NCBI GenBank assembly: GCA_038321985.1
Contig: JBBQFN010000002.1
Coordinates: 256,001 to 320,000 of the forward strand
DNA length: 64,000 bases
Direction: 5' to 3'
From: Cyanophyceae cyanobacterium
GTDB lineage: Bacteria; Cyanobacteriota; Cyanobacteriia; Cyanobacteriales; Laspinemataceae
The first letter of the stretch is position 1; the number at the start of each line of letters is the position of its first letter. A program made the translations under genes and the position numbers. Positions 19,405 to 30,193 of the stretch are shown here, piece after piece. The notes under the pieces are model-generated. The model was given only the letters and a program-made list of their open reading frames with translations, searched no databases and was not told the origin of the DNA.

Positions 19405-20325
19405 ATGGCGAACTCAGTCGTTGATCGAAATCCAGCGATCGCACCCACTGACTCCCAACCTCGGGATCGGATTCGTCGCTTGGTCTGGAAAATCGCGATC
19501 GCGACCCTGCTATTAATGGCAGTTGGAAGTGCAACAAGGGTGATGAATGCGGGTCTGGCTTGTCCAGATTGGCCGCTCTGTTACGGTAAATTAGTTCCCA
19601 CCCAACAGATGAATTTTCAGGTGTTCCTGGAATGGTTTCACCGCTTAGATGCCGGGTTAATCGGGATTAGCGCGATCGCCTTGACGGGTTTATCCTGGTG
19701 GGGTCGGCAGGAACTTCCCGGTTGGCTACCCCTTGCTTCCACCGGAGCCCTAGGTTTAATCCTCTTTCAAGGGGTATTAGGCGGACTTACCGTCACCGAA
19801 CTGCTCCGATTTGACATTGTAACCGCGCACCTGGGAACCGCCCTGTTATTTTTTATCACCCTTTTAACTATTGGGATGGCACTGTTACCCTACCAAGGGA
19901 CAGGCAGTGTGGGTAAATTACCCTGGATTGGACTGCTAGGGGCAATTTTTGTGTACGTCCAAAGTTTACTAGGGGGATTGGTCGGTTCCCAATGGGCGCT
20001 CCACCAGTGTTTCGGCTACAATCAGCTATGCACGGTGATGAACAGTCACATTTTTGGGGTTGTTCCCCCCACCGTAACTATCCTCGCCTTAGTTGTCTTG
20101 GCGTGGCGAACTCCAGCATTGCATCCTAAATTACGACAACTCGCAAGGTGGGCCGGGATGTTGTTACTCTTGCAAATTGGATTGGGTATTGCTACCTTTT
20201 ACGAACGCCTGCAAGTGGAACTCCTGACGGTTTCTCACCAAGCAACGGGTGCAGCCTTACTCGGAACCCTGGTAGCGTTTACTGTATTAGCACTGCGCGA
20301 TCGCGCCGGAAGCGTTCGGGTTTGA
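19405..20325 (+). CDS. ctaA: Heme A synthase
   Basis: AGLACPDWPLC, EWFHR, TAHL; multi-TM. Confidence 0.95.
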   Translation: MANSVVDRNPAIAPTDSQPRDRIRRLVWKIAIATLLLMAVGSATRVMNAGLACPDWPLCYGKLVPTQQMNFQVFLEWFHRLDAGLIGISAIALTGLSWWGRQELPGWLPLASTGALGLILFQGVLGGLTVTELLRFDIVTAHLGTALLFFITLLTIGMALLPYQGTGSVGKLPWIGLLGAIFVYVQSLLGGLVGSQWALHQCFGYNQLCTVMNSHIFGVVPPTVTILALVVLAWRTPALHPKLRQLARWAGMLLLLQIGLGIATFYERLQVELLTVSHQATGAALLGTLVAFTVLALRDRAGSVRV

Positions 20326-20399
20326 AATTTCCATCGTCTACTGTATTTCGATGCAATTGCCCAGCCTCTTGACTGCTGAAAGGAAACAAAACATTTATC

Positions 20400-21380
20400 A
20401 TGCAAGAAATCATATCGACTGGTACGCAACGGCATCATGAAACCCTGTTGCAAGTGCTAAAAAGTTACTACCAGTTAACCAAACCTCGAATTATTCTGTT
20501 GCTGCTGATTACGACCGCCTCCGGACTATGGGTAGCGGCCAATGGTGAAGTTGACCCCCTCCTCGTTCTGGTGACAATGGCTGGAGGTGCTCTAGCGGCA
20601 GCGTCGGCGAATACCATTAACTGTTTGTACGATCGCGATATCGATTACATCATGGAACGCACCCGCCATCGCCCCCTACCCTCGGGTCGCGTTCAACCTC
20701 GGGATGCCCTGATTTTTGCGATCGCCTTAGGTGTCACTTCGTTTACCCTTCTCACGGTGTACGCCAACTTACTGGCAGCACTCCTGGCCATGTCGGGGAT
20801 TGTCTTCTACGTCGCCATTTATACCCATTTACTCAAGCGTCATAGTACCCAAAATATAGTCATCGGAGGTGCAGCAGGCGCGATTCCACCCCTAGTGGGT
20901 TGGGCCGCTGTCACCGGGGATCTCAGTTGGTCACCTTGGGTGATGTTCACTATCATTTTTCTGTGGACTCCGCCCCATTTCTGGGCATTGGCAATGATGA
21001 TTCGCGATGACTATGCGGCAGTCAATGTGCCAATGCTGCCGGTGATTAAGGGAGATGAAGAAACAGCCCGTCAAATCTGGTATTATACTCTGTTGCTTTT
21101 ACCCCTAAGCTTAGCCCTGACTTATCCTTTACATACCAGCGGGGTTCTGTATGCAGCAATGGCGGTTTTACTGGGTAGCGTGTTTGCCAAGAAAGCCTGG
21201 GAATTGTTGCAAGCCCCATCAGACCGAGATAAGGCGCGATCGCTATTTAAATACTCGATTTTGTATCTGATGTTATTATCTGCCGGAATGGTGGTAGATA
21301 GTTTGCCCGTAACCCATCAGATGACCACTGCGATCGCTCAAAATGTCCAAGTTTTAATCAGTGCAACTGGGGTGATGTAA
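20400..21380 (+). CDS. ctaB: Heme O synthase (protoheme IX farnesyltransferase)
   Basis: [40 protein letters not shown]. Confidence 0.96.
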   Translation: MQEIISTGTQRHHETLLQVLKSYYQLTKPRIILLLLITTASGLWVAANGEVDPLLVLVTMAGGALAAASANTINCLYDRDIDYIMERTRHRPLPSGRVQPRDALIFAIALGVTSFTLLTVYANLLAALLAMSGIVFYVAIYTHLLKRHSTQNIVIGGAAGAIPPLVGWAAVTGDLSWSPWVMFTIIFLWTPPHFWALAMMIRDDYAAVNVPMLPVIKGDEETARQIWYYTLLLLPLSLALTYPLHTSGVLYAAMAVLLGSVFAKKAWELLQAPSDRDKARSLFKYSILYLMLLSAGMVVDSLPVTHQMTTAIAQNVQVLISATGVM

Positions 21381-21635
21381 TCCAGATATGACTCAGATAA
21401 ATCTCTGAGTTAATCCGGAATAAAACTAACCCAAACGGGTTGGTAAACCACAGCTATTGTGGGATGGGGTGGGCCAATTGCCTGCCCCTAATTTTTTAGG
21501 GATTTTCAGGGAGTGATACCCAATTTGGTTTTAAAATGTCTATAAAAAGCCGTACCCTTTAGGGTGTCGGGTTTATTCGGGCAACCCCCAGTAAAAATGT
21601 TACAGTGAACAGAGATTAACATTCCAGGAGGTAAG

Positions 21636-22190
21636 GTGGAAGTCAAAGTTAAGCTGACCCTAGAAGAATTTTTCGCTTTACCCGAAGGCGATATTACCTA
21701 CGAACTGGTTGATGGAGAAGCTAAACCCAAAATATCACCGAAACGATTTCATTCCAAATTAACGGGTATCCTATTTCTACTACTGAACCAATGGAATCAG
21801 GACCGAGGGGAGGTGGGGATTGAGTGGGCGATGGTGCTCAAACGGAAGGGCCAAGATTGGGTCCCGATTCCTGATTTGCTGTATATCTCCGGCGATCGCC
21901 TCTCTCGCGATCGCATCTTGGATGAACCTTGTCCCGTTCCTCCCGAATTAGCCATTGAAATTATTTCAACGGACCAAAGTTTTGGCGAAATTAGTGGCAA
22001 AGCAATCGATTACTTAAATGCAGGGGTTTCTCGCGTCTGGGTTATCGATTCTAAAGTCAAAACTTTGACTATTTTCTATCCCGATTCTCCCCCCCAGACA
22101 AAAAGTGGTGATGAAGTTATTACGGATGAATTATTGCCCGGATTAGAATTCACTCCTTCCCAGATTTTCAGTGAAGCTAGAATTCCCTAA
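21636..22190 (+). CDS. Uma2 family endonuclease-like protein
   Basis: YELVDGE, PDLLY, PELAIEIIS, YLNAGVSRVWVID. Confidence 0.9.
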   Translation: MEVKVKLTLEEFFALPEGDITYELVDGEAKPKISPKRFHSKLTGILFLLLNQWNQDRGEVGIEWAMVLKRKGQDWVPIPDLLYISGDRLSRDRILDEPCPVPPELAIEIISTDQSFGEISGKAIDYLNAGVSRVWVIDSKVKTLTIFYPDSPPQTKSGDEVITDELLPGLEFTPSQIFSEARIP

Positions 22191-22211
22191 ATAGCTTAGA
22201 GCAAAACGAAA

Positions 22212-22278
22212 AGAAACCGGGTTTCTAACCCTCATGAGTTGCTAATTGACCGAAATTTTATAAAAAACCGGGTTGTCT
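22212..22278. repeat. AGAAACCGGGTTTCT two-box palindromic element
   Basis: AGAAACCGGGTTTCT...AAAAACCGGGTTGTCT. Confidence 0.7.
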
Positions 22279-22480
22279 TCACTCTACGGGCGATCGCACT
22301 CAGTCTATGCAGGCAATGTTCATCCCAATATTTAAGCCCTGCACAGCTAACCCCTGATGCACAGCGATGCTCCTATACGAAAGTCCCTGTTCTGAGATTC
22401 CCACTTCCGACTTACCACAAACCGTCTAAAATAAAATTAAAGAGTATGTAGATTTGTATCAAGTTCGGATTAAGAAACTC

Positions 22481-23500
22481 ATGGCCCCTGCTGTTTTAAT
22501 CGAAAATCTCCAAAAGCGTTACGGAACCGTCGAAGCGGTTAAAGACGTATCGTTCCAAATCGAGCCGGGTGAAATCTTCGGGCTTCTGGGACCCAATGGT
22601 GCCGGCAAAACTACTGTGATTCGCTGTTTATGTAGCCTTGTCACTCCCGATGCGGGTCGTCTTGAGGTTTCGGGCATCGACGTCGTAGCAAATCCCAAAT
22701 TAGCCCGAGGGCGTCTGGGTTATGTCGCCCAGGAAGTGGCTTTAGATAAGGTCCTGACGGGTCGGGAACTCCTGGAATTGCAAGCGGCATTATATCATAT
22801 TCCCAAGTTTTTGGCAAGAGAGAGAATTGAGACGATACTAGCCCTATTAGGATTGGATGAATGGGCGGATCGCCAAACGGGCAAATATTCCGGGGGCCTT
22901 AAGAAGCGTCTGGATTTAGCGGCAGGATTGCTACATCAACCCGATGTTTTAGTTTTGGATGAACCTACTGTTGGGTTAGATATTGAAACTCGGATGGCGG
23001 TATGGGGGTTTCTACGGCAGTTGCGCGACAATGGAACGACGGTGTTGATTACCAGCCATTATCTGGAAGAAATTGATGCCCTTGCCGATCGCGTAGCAAT
23101 TATCGATCGCGGCAAAGTGATTGATACCGGAACCCCTTCTGCTTTAAAAGATAAAGTTGGAGGCGATCGCATTACCCTGCGGATTCGGGAATTCTCTCCG
23201 ATGGAAGAGGCGCAACAAGCCAAATCTTTGCTTGAACCCCTGCCTTTTGTTGAAGAAATTATCATCAACAATGCTCAAGGGAATTCCCTGAATTTGGTGG
23301 TGAAATCCCAAAGTGATGCTCTATTAACTATCCAACAAGCCTTACGGGATGCTGGTTTACCCACCTTCGGAATTGCCCAATCTCGACCTAGTTTAGATGA
23401 TGTTTATTTGACTGCAACGGGTCGAACCCTGTTAGATGCAGAAATCGCGGCGGCTGGAACTCGTGACCCGAAAAAGGAACGGAAGCAGAATATGCGCTAA
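22481..23500 (+). CDS. ABC-2 type transporter ATP-binding protein (DrrA-like)
   Basis: GPNGAGKT, YSGG, LVLDEPT, TSH. Confidence 0.93.
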   Translation: MAPAVLIENLQKRYGTVEAVKDVSFQIEPGEIFGLLGPNGAGKTTVIRCLCSLVTPDAGRLEVSGIDVVANPKLARGRLGYVAQEVALDKVLTGRELLELQAALYHIPKFLARERIETILALLGLDEWADRQTGKYSGGLKKRLDLAAGLLHQPDVLVLDEPTVGLDIETRMAVWGFLRQLRDNGTTVLITSHYLEEIDALADRVAIIDRGKVIDTGTPSALKDKVGGDRITLRIREFSPMEEAQQAKSLLEPLPFVEEIIINNAQGNSLNLVVKSQSDALLTIQQALRDAGLPTFGIAQSRPSLDDVYLTATGRTLLDAEIAAAGTRDPKKERKQNMR

Positions 23501-23566
23501 CAGCTTCCACCCTTGGTGCTCGACCCTTCTAATTCAACTGCAAAAAATACCATAAACAACCTGATT

Positions 23567-24448
23567 ATGAGTCAAACTGTTACGCCTATCCCTGCTAAAA
23601 CCCTAACCGCCCCAGCGGGGGATACCCGTCTAAGCAACCCCATCGGGGAATTTACCCAGGAAACTTTGGCCCTGACCAAACGGCTATTTATTCAATTAAA
23701 ACGCCGTCCTTCTAGCTTAATTGCAGGCATCATTCAGCCCTTAATGTGGTTGATTTTATTCGGGGCTTTATTTCAAAATGCTCCCCCAGGAATGTTTGGA
23801 GAAAGCATTAATTACGCCCAATTTTTAGGGGCGGGGGTGATTGTGTTTACCGCCTTTTCCGGGGCGCTAAATGCGGGACTCCCGATTATGTTCGATCGCG
23901 AATTTGGCTTTCTGAATCGCCTACTGGTAGCACCCCTATCCAGTCGGTTTTCAATTGTCGTGGCTTCAGCGATTTATATTTTGCTGTTAAGCTTAATTCA
24001 AACTGCGGTGATTGTAACTGCCGGGGCCTTTATGGGCGCTGGATTACCGGGGGGATTGGGATTGGGGGCGATCGCCTTTATTACCCTGCTGCTGGTTTTA
24101 GGCGTCACCGGATTGAGTCTGGGATTAGCCTTTGCCTTACCGGGACATATCGAACTGTTGGCGGTGATTTTTGTGATTAACTTGCCGTTACTGTTTGCGA
24201 GTACGGCGTTAGCGCCCCTTTCCTTTATGCCGAAGTGGTTGCAAATTGTTGCCACCTTAAATCCCCTGAGTTATGCGATCGAACCGATTCGGTATCTTTA
24301 CCTGCATTCTGACTGGACCCTAAGCAGTATCGTCATGCAAGCCCCTTGGGGAGAGGTCAGCTTTGGCGGTGCCTTGGGGATACTTGCCGGATTTGCAGCA
24401 TTGGCATTATTAAGCATTCAACCCTTACTCCGGAGAACTTTTGCTTAG
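23567..24448 (+). CDS. ABC-2 type transporter permease
   Basis: DREFGFLNRLLVAP, LNPLSYA; multiple TM segments. Confidence 0.92.
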   Translation: MSQTVTPIPAKTLTAPAGDTRLSNPIGEFTQETLALTKRLFIQLKRRPSSLIAGIIQPLMWLILFGALFQNAPPGMFGESINYAQFLGAGVIVFTAFSGALNAGLPIMFDREFGFLNRLLVAPLSSRFSIVVASAIYILLLSLIQTAVIVTAGAFMGAGLPGGLGLGAIAFITLLLVLGVTGLSLGLAFALPGHIELLAVIFVINLPLLFASTALAPLSFMPKWLQIVATLNPLSYAIEPIRYLYLHSDWTLSSIVMQAPWGEVSFGGALGILAGFAALALLSIQPLLRRTFA

Positions 24449-24488
24449 TAGAATGGTCGGTATTATCAATGGTTCACCTAACAAACCT

Positions 24489-24866
24489 ATGAAATCGAAG
24501 TTTACCTTTAACACAACGGCTCGAATTTCACTCGGAACCCTGGCAGCGATCGCCATGACAGCCGTAATATTACCCAAGTCTGCGCTAGCAGAAGAAAAGA
24601 ACCGCGCCAGTGATTTACTAGAACCGCAACAACTCCAGCTGGAACGGGCTCCGTTTAACTCGACAACGGGAGAAGGGGAGTCTCTGGATGTTTTTGATCT
24701 AATTCATCGCGCCCAATTCGGGACGACTCGGAGTATGAAGGAATTCAATCTCCAGCAGCAGCAAAGCATCAATGATGCAGCAGCGGATTTCCGTTCCAGA
24801 CAATTGGAAATGCTGTATGATCAGCAACCGGAAATTTCTGGAGAAGAAGCCCTACCTAACCCCTAG
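24489..24866 (+). CDS. Hypothetical secreted protein
   Basis: Signal-peptide-like N-terminus ending in ALA; FDLIHRA...AAADFR. Confidence 0.7.
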   Translation: MKSKFTFNTTARISLGTLAAIAMTAVILPKSALAEEKNRASDLLEPQQLQLERAPFNSTTGEGESLDVFDLIHRAQFGTTRSMKEFNLQQQQSINDAAADFRSRQLEMLYDQQPEISGEEALPNP

Positions 24867-24913
24867 TTACCTCCCGAGGGTAGTCGTTAACTGAGTTCAG
24901 TTTAGGAATAAGC

Positions 24914-24951
24914 AATAAACGCTGATGGAATCCGTTCCATCGGCGTTTATT
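24914..24951. terminator. Bidirectional terminator-like hairpin
   Basis: AATAAACGCTGATGGAA-TCCG-TTCCATCGGCGTTTATT between convergent genes. Confidence 0.75.
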
Positions 24952-25017
24952 GTGATCTGGACTGACCCATAAACCCCTATCCCTCCCTCATGAAGGCAAT
25001 TTATCCCTTATCCCTAC

Positions 25018-25953
25018 CTATACGATTGGAGGGGGGGTAAGTGCGACTTCTAAACGGTTGGCTAAATCAATAATGTCATCTTTTCTAGGAATTTCATCGA
25101 CCCAATGGCGAGGAATCGACTCCAATCCATATTCAATTCCAGCCAAACCGCCCGCAACCGCTGCAGTAGTATCGGTATCATCACCCAAATTAACTGCGGT
25201 TAATACCGCTTCGGCATAAGAAGATGTATTTAACCAGGACCACAATGCAGCCTCTAGGGTATGAACAACATAGCCACTGGACTTAATTTCATCCATCGGA
25301 TAATCGGCAATTTTACCCCTCAATACCCGGTTAAAATGAGAAATTTCCCTGGAATAGGCGGGGTTTTCATAAATTCCTTTAACTTTTTCGATTCCTTGTA
25401 AATACGCCGATTGGCGATCGCATCCTGTCAACAATTGGGTCGCAATACTCACATAAATCCCACAAGCCATTTGTGCGCGAGGATGAGCGTGAGTAATACA
25501 AGATACTTCATGCGCCCGCTGAATTAGATCTGCAAACTCTAACGTTTGATGATAAAATGCCAGGGGTAAAATTCGCATCAATGAGCCATTTCCATTACTC
25601 CGTTCTGAGCAACCCCCAGCCTGAACCGGGGGAATGCCTCTTTTGAGACGATCAATTGCCGCAAGCGTCGTCATTCCCATATCAAACGCATGACCATGGG
25701 GTGTCCAAAACCCCTCCTCAAGCCACTTGATAAAAGCATCCGCGATCGCTTCTAGGGAAAATCCGCCACACATTGACTCAGCTAAACAAAAAGTCAGAGA
25801 ACTATCATCTGACCACAGAGAATAAGGACTCATTCCTGTTACTGGATCGTCTACTCGTACCTCTCGGCTAATAAATTGTACGGGAAAGCCAAGTGCATCA
25901 CCAATGCAGACACCCATTAACCCTGATAACACCGGGGAACTCGACTCTAACAT
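25018..25953 (-). CDS. ADP-ribosylglycohydrolase family protein
   Basis: GDALG, WSDDS, GNGSLMR, AVNLGDDTDTTAAVAG. Confidence 0.95.
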   Translation of the reverse strand: MLESSSPVLSGLMGVCIGDALGFPVQFISREVRVDDPVTGMSPYSLWSDDSSLTFCLAESMCGGFSLEAIADAFIKWLEEGFWTPHGHAFDMGMTTLAAIDRLKRGIPPVQAGGCSERSNGNGSLMRILPLAFYHQTLEFADLIQRAHEVSCITHAHPRAQMACGIYVSIATQLLTGCDRQSAYLQGIEKVKGIYENPAYSREISHFNRVLRGKIADYPMDEIKSSGYVVHTLEAALWSWLNTSSYAEAVLTAVNLGDDTDTTAAVAGGLAGIEYGLESIPRHWVDEIPRKDDIIDLANRLEVALTPPPIV

Positions 25954-26021
25954 CAGCTTAAACTTTCAATAGTTATACTCCCCAAATTTATATCATAACT
26001 ATGGGAACGTCGATAGTAGGA

Positions 26022-26050
26022 GTAAGGACAAGGCAGTGCCATGTCCCTAC
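26022..26050. repeat. Short palindromic dispersed repeat (GTA...CTAC)
   Basis: GTAAGGACAAGGCAGTGCCATGTCCCTAC. Confidence 0.65.
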
Positions 26051-26102
26051 AGTTCAATGCAGAACTTTTTTTAAGGCAATCCCTTATAAAAGTGAGAATT
26101 AA

Positions 26103-27185
26103 TTAAGCCGATCGCACTTGCGCCAAGACTAAGCCAAACCAATGATTCGGGTCCGTCCAAGTCTGGATTGGGGTCAAGCCTTTTTGTTGTAAATACTGCC
26201 CTATTTGGATTAAATCAAATTTCCGGGAAATTTCGGTGAGGATGGTTTCATCCGGTTCAAATTCAACGGTTAAATTCAAGGCCCCCAATTGCACGGTTTG
26301 CGATCGCCGACTTCGCAAGTGCATTTCAATTTGATGTTCTTTTTCGTTATAAAACGCCCGATGCTCAAATTGCCCAGGCTTAAAATTTCCATCAAATCGT
26401 TCATTCAAATGATGCAGAATATTTTGATTAAATTCTGCAGTTATCCCTTGCACATCGTTATAAGCAGGCTCTAAAATTGCCGGAGATTTATGCAGGTCAA
26501 TTCCTAAGAGGAAATATTCTCCGACTTCTAATGCCTGAACAATATCGGCAAAAAAGCGATCGCATTCTTCGGGAGTCAAATTTCCCAAGGTACTGCCTAA
26601 AAAGCACAGGGTGCGGGTAGGCAAAAGGGCGGGACGCAAGTTAGCCAGGGCTAATTCGTAGGTGCTAACTAAACCATGAACCTGCAATGATGGATAATCT
26701 AAAAGTAACTGGGTAGCGCTACTTTCTAAAATTCCCCCACTGACATCAATCGGCAGATAGCGCAGGGGATATCCTTGATTCTTGTAGGCATCTAAGAGAA
26801 TTCGAGTTTTGGTGGAACTGCCACTGCCAAGTTCTACGATTTCGCTTGACCCCGTAATTTGGGCAATTTCTGCTGAACAATTACGCAAAATTGCCGCTTC
26901 AGTACGAGTCGGGTAATATTCGGGTAATTCGCAGATTTTCTCGAATAGATCAGAACCGCGATCATTATAAAAATAGCGGGGGGAAAGCGTTTTTTGCGTC
27001 TGAGTTAACCCCTGGATTACATCAGAACCGTTATCGATTTCTGTGGAAGAAAGAGTGGGGCTGATTAATCGTTCTAGCTGCAAGCGTTCAGATAGAATAG
27101 CAGGCTTAAAGTCAACACGGGTGGTTAACTCTGGGGTATCAGACGGTTTGGCAAATTTCATCCGTATTTTTTGGGGTGGAGGCAT
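26103..27185 (-). CDS. egtD: L-histidine N-alpha-methyltransferase
   Basis: PRYFY..RGS.LFEKIC.LPEYYPTRTE, ELGSGSSTKT, AYNDVQG.TAEFN, TEISRKF. Start uncertain. Confidence 0.95.
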   Translation of the reverse strand: MPPPQKIRMKFAKPSDTPELTTRVDFKPAILSERLQLERLISPTLSSTEIDNGSDVIQGLTQTQKTLSPRYFYNDRGSDLFEKICELPEYYPTRTEAAILRNCSAEIAQITGSSEIVELGSGSSTKTRILLDAYKNQGYPLRYLPIDVSGGILESSATQLLLDYPSLQVHGLVSTYELALANLRPALLPTRTLCFLGSTLGNLTPEECDRFFADIVQALEVGEYFLLGIDLHKSPAILEPAYNDVQGITAEFNQNILHHLNERFDGNFKPGQFEHRAFYNEKEHQIEMHLRSRRSQTVQLGALNLTVEFEPDETILTEISRKFDLIQIGQYLQQKGLTPIQTWTDPNHWFGLVLAQVRSA

Positions 27186-27368
27186 CAACAAATTCGGCTC
27201 CCAGTTCTATCAGTTATCTCATTGCTTATGAGACTGATAGAATCGTAGTCGCCATTTTCATATTGTCTCATTGTCTGGGAAGAGCTGGGAAAAAAGTTCC
27301 TGCTTTAGGAATAAATTAACTTACTAATCGTGAACTCTAATTAATCGGATAGGTTTACATAAATCCAA

Positions 27369-28649
27369 TTAATCACTTTCTCCCGCACAGCGAAATCCTG
27401 CTAAAATTTGTCGCATCCAAGGATGATACCAATTGCGGAAACTCCCCCGCATCGCCCAAGGACGAGTCGCCCAACTGCTGCCACGTAAGACTCGATGCTG
27501 GTGGTCAAAATAGGTTTGGGAGTATCCGGGGTAGGGAAAGTGCTTAAATCCGGGATAAGGGGCAAACCAGCTAGAGGTCCATTCCCAGACATTTCCCATC
27601 ATGTCATAACATCCGTAGGCGCTAGCACCTCGGGGGTAAGCATCAACCGGGGTGGTTTGTGCTTGTTGGTTATCGTGATTGCAGCGATCGCCCGTGGGAA
27701 ATTCATCTCCCCAAGGATAGATGTGCTTTGTCTGGGTTGCGGCATTCCAACAGGCGGCTTTTTCCCATTCTGCTTCCGTGGGGAGTCGTTTTCCTACAAA
27801 TCGTGCATAGGCTGCGGCTTCGTAATAACTAACGCCACAGACAGGATGATGATTAAAGGCGGCTTCATCCCGCCAATAGAGAGGCTGAGTCAGTTGTGCC
27901 GTTTGCACCCAGTCCCATCCCGCATTACACCACAAATTGGGATTATTATATCCTCCGGCTTGTATAAAATGTCGGTACTGTCCGCAAGTGACGGGATACC
28001 GATCAATTTTGTACCCAGGGAGGTACACAGAGTGGGGTAACTGTTCGTTATCGAGGGCGTCTAGAGAATCGGTTCCTAATAGGAATTCTCCGCCAGGAAT
28101 GGTGACTGCCTCATGCTCAAGTTCGGGAAAGGCGGCGATCGCCCGTGTGGGTATTCCCACCGCAGATTTCTGCAATTGCAAAACAAAGGCGATGGTTTCT
28201 GTATGTTGACTTTCATGCTGAAGGATAAACTGCCAAATTCGCTGTTGTTCGGCAATATCAGCGGTTTCTAAATACTCGAAAACTTGCGATCGAATCCCCT
28301 GTAGATAATCCAGAATTTCCGGCAACGGAGGTAACTTGACTCGGTGATGTTTCGGCAATCCATCCTGTGCCAGGAGTTTCCGATATTGGGGAAATAAGGG
28401 CGAGATTCCCGCCCCCCGTTCCAGCAACCATAACCCTTCTGTAAACCCAATATGACCTAAGTGCCAACCTACGGGACTAAAATCGGGATGGACTTGACAG
28501 CGGAATGTCTCATTATCCATCGTTTCAAACAGTTTAAGAGTGCCGAGGCGACACTGATCCATTGCGTGGCGGATTGCCTCCCTGACAACCGCGCGATCAC
28601 TGTCAGTTTTAGAGGCAATCCTATTAAATTTGATGGATATTGATGTCAA
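27369..28649 (-). CDS. egtB: Ergothioneine sulfoxide synthase (DinB + FGE domains)
   Basis: SPVGWHLGH, QHESQHTE, RLPTEAEWEKAA, GNVWEW; lies between egtC and egtD. Confidence 0.88.
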   Translation of the reverse strand: MTSISIKFNRIASKTDSDRAVVREAIRHAMDQCRLGTLKLFETMDNETFRCQVHPDFSPVGWHLGHIGFTEGLWLLERGAGISPLFPQYRKLLAQDGLPKHHRVKLPPLPEILDYLQGIRSQVFEYLETADIAEQQRIWQFILQHESQHTETIAFVLQLQKSAVGIPTRAIAAFPELEHEAVTIPGGEFLLGTDSLDALDNEQLPHSVYLPGYKIDRYPVTCGQYRHFIQAGGYNNPNLWCNAGWDWVQTAQLTQPLYWRDEAAFNHHPVCGVSYYEAAAYARFVGKRLPTEAEWEKAACWNAATQTKHIYPWGDEFPTGDRCNHDNQQAQTTPVDAYPRGASAYGCYDMMGNVWEWTSSWFAPYPGFKHFPYPGYSQTYFDHQHRVLRGSSWATRPWAMRGSFRNWYHPWMRQILAGFRCAGESD

Positions 28650-29415
28650 GGTTCTCCCCCACCGTAATCATACTTTGTTCAGGACATTGATTCCAGTCCC
28701 CCTCGAACAATGGTTCTGAAGCAATCATCACCGAGTCAGGAAAATTCAAATCATCCCGCAACCAGTAGAGAGAGGGTGCGGTATCTTGAGTAGCAAACCG
28801 GGAGGCAACTAATTGATGTCCGTCCGTGATGATAAAATTCGCCGAAACTTTCACCTCATCGGGTTGGGCGAGTTCAGTTAAAATAGTTAAGGTCCTGTGC
28901 AGTGCCGAAGTGAGGTTGGGATTCTCCGCTGATGCCTCTAAAATGGATAGAAATAAGGCAAAAATATGCTCCGTGTCCGTAGTTCCTTCGATTCCCTGGT
29001 AAATATCATCCCCTAGCTTGTTGCGAATTGGACGATATAAGGTTTGGCGGAAATTTTCGATTAATCCATTGTGAACCGCCATGATGCGGCGATCGCCAAA
29101 GGGTGGACAATTGCTCAACGTGACCTCCTGTCCTCCTGTAGCACTGCGGACACATCCTAAAAACGTTCCGGTTTCAATGTAACGACTCAGAGGTGGCAGG
29201 TTCGTATCATTCCAAATCGGCAGCAAATTTTTGTAGGTAAAGGGGTAAACGTCCTGGTGCGGATGATACCACCCAATCCCAAACCCATCGGCGTTGACGA
29301 CTCCAGAGGTCATCTCTCGGGGTTGATAGCTTTGCGCCACTAGAGAGTGCTCGGGTTTCAGGAGGATGCGATCCAGTTGAATTGGGCGGCCCAAATAGGC
29401 AAGTAAACGACACAT
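28624..29415 (-). CDS. egtC: Ergothioneine biosynthesis Ntn amidohydrolase
   Basis: Probable true start MCRLLAY (N-terminal Cys), NADGFGIGWY, HNG, GTTDTE, IASEPL. Confidence 0.92.
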   Translation of the reverse strand: MCRLLAYLGRPIQLDRILLKPEHSLVAQSYQPREMTSGVVNADGFGIGWYHPHQDVYPFTYKNLLPIWNDTNLPPLSRYIETGTFLGCVRSATGGQEVTLSNCPPFGDRRIMAVHNGLIENFRQTLYRPIRNKLGDDIYQGIEGTTDTEHIFALFLSILEASAENPNLTSALHRTLTILTELAQPDEVKVSANFIITDGHQLVASRFATQDTAPSLYWLRDDLNFPDSVMIASEPLFEGDWNQCPEQSMITVGENLDINIHQI

Positions 29416-29527
29416 AGTAAATTTTTTATGTAACTCTGTAAAATTATAGAACAAATTCACTGGGGAGGATAAAACAGGGGTCCTCCGAGTAAAAATCCTT
29501 CTAAAGACGTATAACGGGCTGAGGTAA

Positions 29528-30193
29528 ATGAAGTATATTGTTTTGTTCGTAATTTTGGGAACCGGACTGCTCACCGTAGGAGAGCAGCTAGGGGGGTGGG
29601 GATGGTTATTAGCGTGGTTAGGCGTCGATTTTCTAATTGTGGCAGCCGCTTATTTGAAGCTGGGCTATAAAATTTTTGGCAAACGCTCAACCGATGGTCA
29701 ACTGGCCGTCTCCTCGGTCGTTCTCCTCTTGCCCTACCTATTATTTTGTTGGGGATTTTGGCATTTACAACGCCGGTTTTTAAAGGAGGACTGTTATAAT
29801 TATATTGCCCCCGGTTTGTGGATGGGAAGACGCGCCTTTGGGGAAGAATTACCGGCGGATATTAGTTTATTGGTAGATTTAACCGCAGAGTTTCCGGAAC
29901 CCAAAGGGGCGATCGCCGGAAAAGAATATCTTTGTTTACCAACCTTAGACGCTCATGTTCCGGATCAGGAAGAATTCCGAAACTTAGTTCAAAAAATTGC
30001 TGATTGGCCGGGAAATGTTTATATCCACTGTGCGATCGGACATGGGCGATCGGCGACGGTAGCCGCAGCGGTTTTAATGGCGCGAGGATTGGCAAAAAAT
30101 GCCCAGGAAGCAGAAGCAATGTTAAAAAAAGCTAGACCCTGGATTAAGTTAAATCATGCCCAGCGACATTTGTTAGAAAGCCTGGTGTTCTAA
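29528..30193 (+). CDS. Membrane-anchored dual-specificity phosphatase family protein
   Basis: CX5R motif IHCAIGHGRS; N-terminal TM helices. Confidence 0.88.
   Translation: MKYIVLFVILGTGLLTVGEQLGGWGWLLAWLGVDFLIVAAAYLKLGYKIFGKRSTDGQLAVSSVVLLLPYLLFCWGFWHLQRRFLKEDCYNYIAPGLWMGRRAFGEELPADISLLVDLTAEFPEPKGAIAGKEYLCLPTLDAHVPDQEEFRNLVQKIADWPGNVYIHCAIGHGRSATVAAAVLMARGLAKNAQEAEAMLKKARPWIKLNHAQRHLLESLVF

Noticed and set aside
27369..27500. EgtB FGE C-terminus as a second DGR target or the TR
   Set aside because: No NNC/AAC run and no nucleotide match to the VR anchors; ordinary egtB in its operon.
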